Below, one piece after another: positions 51,501 through 61,209 of a stretch of 64,000 nt of DNA (position 1 is its first letter; each line of letters begins with the position of its first letter). The notes beneath the pieces are model-generated. The model did not search any database. It was not told the DNA's origin and was given only the letters and a program-made list of their open reading frames with translations. This stretch comes from Ascidiella aspersa. Its lineage: Eukaryota. The stretch is taken from assembly GCA_963924565.1 (NCBI GenBank), contig OZ004610.1, forward strand, positions 15,934,001-15,998,000, read 5' to 3'. The position numbers were made by a program, and so were the translations under genes.

Positions 51501-52230
51501 CCAAATTTGTGTGCAAGGTAAGTTTAATTCATTTACATTCGTGGTCACGTAGTCGAACAACTCAAAAAAGATGGACAACCAAGATCAATTTATTCAGCTT
51601 GTACTACCAATAATAACACCGAGCATACATTCGACGTTGATCGATAAACTGCATTAACATACATGATGCACAAAAGAAACACAGAACTTTGCAAACAAAG
51701 GTACCTGATAATCTTGTTTTATATAACGTCTAATTTTCTTTTGCGTAGTAATTTCAAGGTCTGAAATAGTCTTTTGAAACTAACAAATACATTATCGGCC
51801 TTACATTTCGGTATTAATTAGGAAAATGGCATCTATGTTCGGTTTTTATTCAATTAGTCCAATCGTGTAACCTATAAATTTAACGTAGTAACACATGGAG
51901 CACCATTTCTGAGAAAGTAATTAAAAACATCATTTCGTGAAACGGTACTACTGACAAAACATCCAGGCATTTAAGTTTGATATAATTTGTTTAACTATAA
52001 ACGACGATATTTATAACGATACGAAATATGTATAGTAAGTAGACAGTACAATTTTAATTACTATTATCTGTCATAATATAATTATTGGCCAATGACTTAC
52101 GTGCTGCCTCCGTAACGGAATTCAAACTGAGTCCGTACAACACTGCAAGGACTATTGTGGCAATCGTCATTATTACGGCCACAGCAGCCCAAACTTTATA
52201 CTTTTTGGTCGATTCTTTCTGTTCCGTCAT
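36594..52230 (-). CDS. M13-family zinc metallopeptidase (neprilysin / endothelin-converting-enzyme-like), type II membrane protein, 15 exons, 736 aa
   Basis: Exons 52101-52230, 51317-51361, 50374-50535, 46454-46534, 46184-46389, 43238-43402, 42822-43075, 42427-42649, 41509-41792, 39937-40090, 37874-38032, 37303-37368, 37059-37160, 36842-36918, 36594-36696 (2211 nt). Short basic tail plus TM ([26 protein letters not shown]). Motifs [40 protein letters not shown] (HExxH), [14 protein letters not shown] and terminal CRVW*. Confidence 0.95.
38272..38679. mobile_element. TIR element (MITE) in a neprilysin intron
   Basis: About 33-bp inverted ends tggtttatagggcgtatcaaagttagtaaattt / aaatttgactaattttgatacgccctataaacca. 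Confidence 0.75.
38706..39475. mobile_element. hAT MITE with gggggccacg subterminal repeats
   Basis: cagggtttctcaacc / ggttgagaaccacta, TSD gtttaggg / gttaaggg. Confidence 0.8.
47758..49033. mobile_element. Non-autonomous TIR element with TA target duplication (Tc1/mariner/pogo-like), containing a nested gagtcggactc-rich hAT fragment (about 48241-48535)
   Basis: TA|ggggaagtacgggacccatggaac ... gttccatgggtcccgcactacccc|TA, with internal atggaac and cccatgg repeats. Confidence 0.75.
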
Positions 52231-52348
52231 TTTTGTTCTAACTGTTTATTGTCACTAGAAATTTCTTTGCGAAACGTATTTTTTTATCAGATCCGACCCT
52301 AAGCACGAGCGATAGTGAACTGAGTCAACACCGGGAGCCGCGTAAACT

Positions 52349-52354
52349 TTTATT
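52349..52354 (-). terminator. Candidate polyadenylation signal (AATAAA) of the HSPA12-like gene
   Basis: AATAAA on the minus strand about 63 nt after the TGA. Confidence 0.6.
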
Positions 52355-52416
52355 GCAATCTCGCGCGTATGATTGAACTTTGACCCCCTGCTGGCCGCCG
52401 CCACGCATCGCGTACC

Positions 52417-55400
52417 TCAAGAAATAAATTCGATTTTGGCATCGGCGCGCGTTCCGCTCGACACGTCGACGCAGTCTATCTTGATTTCTGTGTCGCCGAA
52501 CATCATCGATACGTGCAGCTCTCGACGCCGCCGCTGCTGCGCCATTAGCGACGCTTTCGGTAGTTTGATGCGCAGCGTCGCGCTCTTGGAAACGTCGCCC
52601 TCGTCGATGAACTTTACGTCAGAGCGCGCGCAGCAGTAAAAGTTGATGACCAGCTCACTCTGGTCCGGTCGCACGGGGGCGTAGCTGCGCTGCACTACGT
52701 CACCGAGAGCGATCGCGTCGCCCGACTTGACGTAGGAGTCGAAGACGTCCTTGCACCAGATCGTAGAGCCACGGGCGAGCTTCTTGCTAACGGGATGGAT
52801 TTCCGCGTTGTATTTGTTTAGTATTCCTGTTAATTAAGGCATTGGTTTTCTTTAAGGAAGTTTAACGACTTACACACGCAAGTCTAGTCTGCACTATGAA
52901 GATATTTCTTAGAATGACCTCCAAAGGTACTCGACGAATTAACCAGTAATGCGCAATTACTTGCTACTTTTTCGATAGAAATGATTTATCTTTGCAAATA
53001 AAAAATATATATATATATGATTTGTACATGGTTTAAATACGAAAATATTTACTTTCGATAACAAAAATGCTTTCGGAATATCTAAGCACGTTTAAATTAA
53101 TTTGCTCGTGACAACAAAATGACCCGTAATGCAATGTTTTCACTTTTGTTTATTTCCGATTCTATTTATTTTGGATTGGCCTAAATGAATTCTAACCATC
53201 AAAAACAATCTTTGTTCACGCCCAAAGCATTTAACTTACCTACGCCGTAGGTCATGTGACTGGTGCGCATGCGAACCGTTGTTGGGTCGAGGCCGAACAG
53301 GACGGCGCCCTTGAGGATGGTTAGGCTGGCATCGGTCGGGATAATGACCTTCGCTCTTCCCCCTACTGCCCTTATCACCACACTCTGCAGCATCCTCGAC
53401 TCCGCGAAGCCCCCGACCAGGAAGAGGTGGGAAATGCGATCGTTCAGGTGTGAAGTCACATGGGAGGCGATCGAGTCGAGCGTGACGGTGAAGAGGTCAC
53501 GCATGAGCGAGGACGAGATTCGTAGCATGCCCTGAATTTAAAGTAAACGTCTGTTAAATAAGCGGTACCATCCTGGGTATTAATCGATGTAGAAGTGTGG
53601 ATGTATACCAGATGATACAAAGCTTTGCCCCAGGGTGACAATAGAGTTTGATTAACATAAACTGCTCATCTACAGTAACCCTACTTTCATTCCGGTGACA
53701 GGATGTTAATACTAATATATGTATTTCTCACCAATATTTTTTATATTGATATGATATAAACAAAAGGTAAAACAACTCATGCATAATGATGGGATTAACA
53801 AGATAGTAGATACTGGGAAATATGTCTTTATTTTCTAGTAATGTCTTATGTAATTTTAGCCCGGCGCACCTCATAACACCTGTAGTCCCCCAAAGCGAAA
53901 TTTTTGTCACATATTTGAAGGTTGTTGATAAATAAAGTTCCTTTCAATGTGTTCTTTGTGCTAATACCAGTTTCCAAAAAATTGTGTTGTTTTGTGTATT
54001 GCTATGCATTGCACTTGACGTACCTGCGGCGACCACTTAATGTTTGGATCAGAGAAGTTTCGCAGCGCCGTTTCCACGGCAAATCCCCTGACCTTACGGT
54101 GAAGGTCGATAAAGGAAAACGGGAGGGCGACGTTGAGTGGAGAAATGCGGTCAGGACTAGTTGAACGTTTTCGCGACTCCCAGGCTATCATCATGTCCAC
54201 CTTGATGTGAAATGCGCGGTATTATATTCTGTGGTGCGGTTAGTTTCAGGCTTGAGTTGCCAAAATATAAACAATATGATAAACCTACAATTATACCCAA
54301 ACCATTTTACTTCTTATACCACCCTATTTAAGGCAAGTCACATACTGCAACATAAACAAAATTATGTGGGCCACGTTCTATAAAGTAACCACATATTGTT
54401 TCTTTGTAGGCTATACTGCAAACATGTTTAAAACAATATAATAAAATTATTAATTTATATTTTTTTGTAGATCATAATTTTTTATCTGTCACATAAGTCA
54501 TTATTTTGCCTTAACCGATTAATTATGCTCTGACAGCTACTTTTATTTTTTGGTTTTAGTTTCGTTCAATATTTTGTTTTAATTAGTTTAGCTTGTGTTT
54601 ACCAATTCATTTGATTAAATATCAATGCCAAATGCTGTCAATGCGGCCTTTTCTTACGTGAAGTAACAAAAACATGCAGCCCCTCTCACCCATCCAATGG
54701 GCCTCTTTTTCTGGAAGGTCTCTATGAACTTGGCGCCAAAAATCCGTCGCAGAAGATTCTCGAAGCTGCGGTCGACCGCGACGCTTCCCATCGCATCGCC
54801 GCTCGCCGCTTCCACTTCCTTCAAACCGCCGCTGGCCAAGACCTCGTGGATTGTGACGTCGACCGTCCCGCCGCCACAATCGACCACCATATACTGGCTG
54901 CCGATCGTCAGGGTTTCCTCGACGGTGACGTCATCGCCCGATCCGGCCTGGATTTGCGAGAGGCGCGACTTTCGACAGAAGATGGACGCGGCTTCCGGCT
55001 CCAGGGCAATCACAAGTTGCTGAGGAAAGTGCTCCGAAGCCAGGCCGGCCTTGACAAAACACGTTAAACTATAGTGTTGAGTAACACGAAACGTAAAATT
55101 TTCGCAAGAACCTTTGTATCTATCAACCTGCAAGTCGACATTCGTTTATTCATATGGTTCAGGTTCGCTAATGGATTTTCTTTAGATAAATCTTGTTTTT
55201 TTATATAATTTGTATTTTGATACCTGGTAAGCTGCCTGTCGCATAAATTGCTTCGCTTGAGGTCGCCAGATAGCTGGAACTGTAACAACCCAGCGGACAT
55301 CGTTACTGCGCATGCGCGTGCCCAGTTCGTCGGAAAGCTCCTGTGCAGAAAGAAAAAATTGACAGATTCCCAAAATACTGACAATGTTTGACGAGTCATA

Positions 55401-58400
55401 TCCAGTGCAAAGCAAACTTGAAAACGTTGATAACCGTGGTTTATCCGCAATAAAATTCTAGTCTAACTTTCGTTTCATTGTACACACTTTAATATCTATC
55501 GCTTAATAACACGAAAAGTCGAGCCTAAATATGCGAACAACAAATAGATGTGATCAGTTATGACAGTTTCCAGGTATGATAGTGTTAAATCTAAGTCTAA
55601 ACTGGCGAACATAACAATGATGTTGCACATTTCTTTAACCGGTATAGTAAATGAAACGCAGGTTAAAGAGTAAAAGACTAAATGTCAATTAAGCACGTGA
55701 TAACAGTGTTAAAAAGATCAAAATAGAAAGTAGTAATTATCCTCTAACTAAAAATTCTTAAGCCACTATCACAGGAAAGTGATACGACGTTTGGCCCGGT
55801 AATTTGAATGCTGTATTGCTTAAGGAATACCAAAATATAAGTAAAAAAATAAAAAAATAAATTATAGTACAATTTAAATTTAACTTACCATTGCCTTATT
55901 TTATCACGAACCTAGTTAATACAGTAAAGCCGGTTCAGAAGAATTCTGCTTTAAAGAATATGTTGTGCAAAAATAATGATACTGTGTGCTACATTTAGGA
56001 TATAACTATTCACGCATTACCAAGTTATCTAAGGTTAGCCCAAAACAAATTAGTGAGTAAAGAACTCTGATCGTTTAAATTTATCTCACGTTCGTTATCA
56101 AACTCGTCAAACAATTTATTAATTCGAAAATCCTAAATTGTTGTAGAACTCAGGCGTTACGTAAAACCAGTGCACCAACCTGTAGGGCGTGTTGTTTAAA
56201 GAACCGTAAGGCATGTCCAAACACTTGAAGGGCTGGAACCAGGATTCCATTAGCTGACTCCAGCTGTGTCAGTTTGCTTAAATTCTGCAGTTCAACACAC
56301 GAACTGTTACACTTATTTTTTTATAAGAAATAAATGAACGAGTTGTTCTAAGCGTGTTTAATTCAATTGGTTGTTACCATTGGAATATAAACTCGCAAAT
56401 TGGTGAGTATAGAACATGGGAAATGCCAAATACCAGGGCATCGCAAAATAAAGTAGTCTTCATAAAATGCTAAAAATAGCAGTGGGTTGAAAATAAAACT
56501 TCACCTGCCCTTAAAAAAAAACATTAGATTTAAGTTCAAAGGCACAAAAAAGATAGTTTACCATAAAACGTCCCAGTTCTCGAACTGCTTCTTTACTGCA
56601 ATCCCCAACGTTATACTATTGATTCATACCTGGTCGGAATGCAGCTTCATCTTGAAACGGTCAAGGAAAATCCACTTTTTCGCTTCGTTGACATCCAGAT
56701 CATGATAAAAATCTCGTGCTTCGAAACCAAATGAGTGAAATTCGCCCTGTTGATTGATAAGGTTAAAAATAAAGCTACAGTCAATTTTTTTTGAAAAACA
56801 AAACAAAGACAATTGCATTTTTAGATGACCCTTATGTTAGAATGGTCTATTTCAGATCGGCAACTTTTTTCTAGTCGCGTGCCAAAACCAAACTCAGAAA
56901 GGTCTCTGCGGGCAGCACAAAATGATAACTAAGAATTGTGATGTTACCTGACGACTGTGTTTAATTACATTTACAGAGGCAGTAAAGTGTTGACGCAAAG
57001 CGCGAAAAAAGGCGTTTGCTTCGTATAAAATTCGAGCTCACACGTCGCCATCCATACTACTAAAGAAAAGTGTAATAAAACTACTTCGCGCTAACATTTA
57101 AAGTTTATATAGCTCAATGTTTGTTAACCTTTTAAGCCAAGACACGCATGGCGAGCGAAGCAAGCGCGATTTTATTTTTGGGTGTACAGGTATTTCTTTT
57201 AAATTTCTTGCAAGTTTTTATTACGTTGCCGAAAATGAAAAAAAAATGAAAAAATATATGTCTAATCATTTTTAATGCGTTTTCCGTAGTTGCCTGACGC
57301 ACTTGGCAGAAAATTTTGCAATTACGTAGTTAAAATAGTCAAAAAGTATGTGAAATAGACTCGTGTCTAATTTGTCAAAAAGGCGGCGGGCCGGATGCGG
57401 GTCGTAGGTTGCCGAGCCCTGGTCTATTTGATACATTACTAACTGGTGTGATTACGCCTGGTCAGAAGTATTCCGGTTGTTTTGCCGATATTAAACGAAA
57501 GATGTACGCTAAAGCGTTTTAATCCATAGTTTATATTACTTAGTTTAAAATAATATACTCAAAATTATTGTTTTTTTTTAATAAATTACCTATTTATTTT
57601 ACAGCAAAGATCTGGTATTATTATTTATCAATCGCAAAAGTTATAAGTGACAGTTGTTATCTTCTTATATACAAAAGCAAACTTTTTCATTCTAACACAA
57701 AATATTTTAAGCAACACAGTGATTTTTGGTTACCCTGGCATACACCCCAGAAATGTAGGTTTTAATTGCGATTACACGCAAATACCATTTTTGTTATAAA
57801 ATTAACGTACCGTATTATTCAAAGAGTGCAACTCTGGTGATTTGCTATAAGACGTGATTTAATTAGTACATACTTTTGGCTTGTTAGTGCCCTTTCTCGC
57901 AAAACGGGGAAACTGGAATATATTTTCTTAAAGAGTACCCTAAAACCTGGAACCAATAAATGCCAATTTTGGATAAAGCTAAAGTTATTTTGGTCCTACC
58001 GATGGTTGGAGCAAAACAATTGTTGGCGTCTTTTGATTTGTCACTCCAGGATCGCCGCCCGACCATTTTCTCATCAAATGTACAGAGTCGGGCTGGTGAA
58101 CGAAGCTGAACGCGTACCCGCTGCATCATAATAATACTCAGCGTAAACAATGTTGTCACCTCAGGAAGATGAATTGTAACGGATTTACAATCGAGTACCT
58201 GTAGGTCGTGCCGAAGTCAATGGCGACTACTACGAAATGCGGTTGACGTGGCGTTGTTCCTTGTAAGGAAAACCTGTAAAAAAATCAATATCGCAAGGGT
58301 AAGATGCGGTCGTCGTAACTGCGATTGTTTAAAAAAAATAAAATACATTATTGACTAAATGGTAATAAATTTACCCTGATGATAAAGAGGAACGTGACGT

Positions 58401-60349
58401 GTTTAGTGACGGCACGTCATCAACCGGTGACTTGGGAACCTCGTCGTAGATATGTTGCGAAGACGTCATATCAATATCTGGCTTTAAATGAGCAGCAGGG
58501 CGATCCTGGGCCAATTTCTGTCTCTTAGCGATGATTTCTGCAGCAGATGGGGCATTCGCTGTAGTAATGTGCTTTTGCAAAAAGCAGCAACGCCTTGTTG
58601 CTTCTCTTATCGATGTTTCACAACAGCTGAAGCGCTTTTACTAGGTATACTACACTGGTCGTTGTGAAAATGCGTCTAGTGTTGCTGTCAGCCGAACGTA
58701 AACCATCAGTCGACGGGCGTGTGCTAAAAGCGAAACCAGATCGACGCTGGACAGACGGATAGTTGCCGCGTCTCCGTTTATGACATCACAAGGCACGCGG
58801 GGATCGTGGAGAGGCCCAAGTCGCGACCCGACCAAAGCGAAGCAAATGAAAGTCGATACTGAAACGCGTCCACCCTTTGTCACGGAGCGATTTAAATCTC
58901 GTTAAGAGCGCGCGACCTTCGCCCAAAAGAATGTGGATTGTGACTTGTGTGATGTTGCCATCCCGATTATAGCTTTGTTTCTCTCAAGTTATAAACATAT
59001 CGGGCAAGCCAGAGATACCGGTGGGAACCCAATCTACAATGTTTGCATTGTTGCGACACTATATGAAATATTGAAGTACCATACACGATATGACATACCA
59101 ATGCGATATGTGGAGTTATAATGAGCTATAAATAATGCGGCAATACTTAGCTGGCCTATACTCACGTGGTTTCAGCTTTCCGCGTATTTTTCCCAGGAAG
59201 CTTGATTCGTCAGGTAACCTTAAACAATGAAATGCAAGTATATGGACATATTTGAGGCAAAAATTGTGAACAATTTTTATTTAAGAATTATTTAAATAAG
59301 CAAAAAACTTTCAAACTAAAAATTGAGATTAATAATATTAAAACCGGTAACAGAGTAGCCTACACTGTTTGGTCCAATTTAATGATTATTTTGTAATTTG
59401 ATATATATATAAAGGTATATATATATAAGGCTGTCCGTAACTATATTTAAGTCTAGTTGCCGGCGTATTTAAGAATGCCTGTTAAGACCATAATTATCAC
59501 CTCCTCGTTACTGCCGCAGCTTTTACGATGGTGACGTCATTGCTGACGTTTACCAAGGAAGAGTTCTTGGGCGTCATGGGGATGTCCTCAACGTCGTCGA
59601 GAGAGTTGTCCTTCCGGTGAATTACCGTCAGCGTACTTGACGAGTTTCTATCCATAAGGATATCCTCGACGTCATAGTAGTCATCTTCGATGTCTTTGGG
59701 CGTTGCTGGTTCCTCTTCGGCCTCGTACAGAGTCGATAGGCTGTCATCTAAAAATGCTAACTTGTCAGCAAGCCGCAATGTGTAACCCATGGGTTTTTTA
59801 ACTTTTTTCACCGCGGACCCCTTAATTTTTTGGCTCTTTGTGGACCACGGTAGACAATAACTTTTTTCGTAAACTGACGACGTCACAGTAAATAGACTTC
59901 AGAATATGCCGATGATTTAACGGTGGGGGGGGGGGGATCTAAATACATTCAGTGCTAAACCTTTCACTTTTGATTAAAATCTTTCCTTTAAAAAATTGAT
60001 TAGTTTTACCTGTACACTAATATTTCAATTCGTCCTTCATGGAAGCCCTACAATTAGTTCACGGACCGCCAGCTGTACATGGACCCCAGTTTAAGAACCC
60101 CTGGTGTAACGACTAACATAAACAGGTGTCAGCTTGTAGAAAGTTTTAATGCATAAGTTGTGTTAGCTGGGTACTTCACGATTACCATTATACTTTATGA
60201 ATAAATACAAATTTAAAATGCGTATACGCTTACAAATGATTGCATATAGCAAAAGTGGGCGAGTTGGCATAACTAATTTAGAAAATAATGTGAAATTTTT
60301 GCCTACCGTCGTCACTGCTATGTTCCGTGCTGCTGTCACTGCCGCCCAT
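52417..60349 (-). CDS. HSPA12: Heat shock 70 kDa protein 12-like (atypical Hsp70) with long N-terminal extension, about 766 aa
   Basis: Core exons 58199-58273, 58000-58120, 56630-56746, 56180-56284, 55224-55340, 54690-55049, 54024-54200, 53240-53531, 52417-52826. Motifs [84 protein letters not shown]. The N-terminal exons 60307-60349(60428), 59501-59747, 59166-59218 and 58375-58558 are phase-consistent but lack homology support, so the start is uncertain (alternative ATG at 61209). Confidence 0.88.
56853..57421. mobile_element. hAT MITE, same family as 14030-14721
   Basis: Shared sequence aaaaccaaactcagaaaggtctctgcgg...acgtagttaaaatagtcaaaaagtatg, perfect TSD gtctattt. Confidence 0.88.
59788..60103. 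mobile_element. hAT MITE, same family as 31925-32235
   Basis: catgggttttttaact (degenerate TIR) / agtttaagaacccctg, TSD gtgtaacc / gtgtaacg, shared tctaaatacattcagtgc and catggaccccagtttaagaacccct. Confidence 0.8.
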
Positions 60350-61180
60350 GGTAACCGGCACAATACGTGTTCTAACGTCGCAGCCTGGTGGAGCCGGCGC
60401 CTTGACGACTGACAACTTTTCCCGGTTGCTGTGACGCATAAATGCTTTTATTGTAATTTTAACAAAACTCTGTTTATAGGAAAACAAGAAGAAAACATTT
60501 CAACATCTTTGACAGATAAAAAAATAACAGACAATTGAAAAACATGGGATTATTAAAGTTTAGTTTTGTCGTATTGTTGCAACTTGCTACACGCAGTAGT
60601 GCGTTTTTAATTCGTTGCTTCGTTTAAACTGTGTTCCAAACAAAATATGCTTTATACCAATTTGGAATAAATGGGATGTAAAAGTTCATGAATAAATATA
60701 TATTCGTAGGTCTACGGGAGTGAGAGCTTGCATTTCAGCGTATAATGACGTCTTGCGATTTTTATCATTGCGTCATTTTTTGGAACGTATTTTGCAAACG
60801 TGCCAAACTATTGACCTAATCACTTTGCTACAGTCACGAAATTGGTAACTGCGTGAACGATAAAGCTTTTAAAAAAATCAAAGCATTGTTGGAAAAGTTT
60901 AAATGTTTAATCCTATGGCATGAATAGTTAACGATTAAATGTTGTATAGTAAAAGTATACATATGTTTATTTGGTGTCGTTATTGCTAGTTGTTGCAGCA
61001 GCTAAACACATCACACGTACAGCAAGCGTGACTGTGCTATGTCCACGGATGCGCCTAATAAAACTTTTTAACCGGAAGGAGTGAATTAGAAAAAAACAAC
61101 CAGTTGACCTATTACCAAAAACACGAAGAATATACACACAAAAAAACAATATTGTTGTAAAGCTTAACAGTGTTACTCAC

Positions 61181-61209
61181 AAATTTCCAGTTCCCCAATT
61201 CCTGATCAT
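61181..61209 (-). other. Possible upstream coding exon of the HSPA12-like gene (MIRNWGTGN-F)
   Basis: Strong donor TT|gtgagt at 61180. Phase 2 joins in frame to the acceptor cacag|C AAC CGG at 60428, which reads open into MGGSDSS. No homology evidence. Confidence 0.35.

Noticed and set aside
52373-55067. Plus-strand ORFs overlapping HSPA12 exons (and similar ones over UGGT and neprilysin exons)
   Set aside because: Antisense shadows of GC-rich coding exons, with no independent evidence.
58650-58990. GC-rich segment / ORF 58650..58883 as an additional HSPA12 coding exon
   Set aside because: No frame stays open across the whole block and it is not needed for phase continuity. It could be an alternative 5' UTR, but nothing supports that.
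59748-59886. N-terminus of ORF 59497..59886 ([14 protein letters not shown]...) as the HSPA12 start
   Set aside because: It lies mostly within a hAT MITE (59788-60103). A good acceptor at 59748 joins in phase to the upstream exon.
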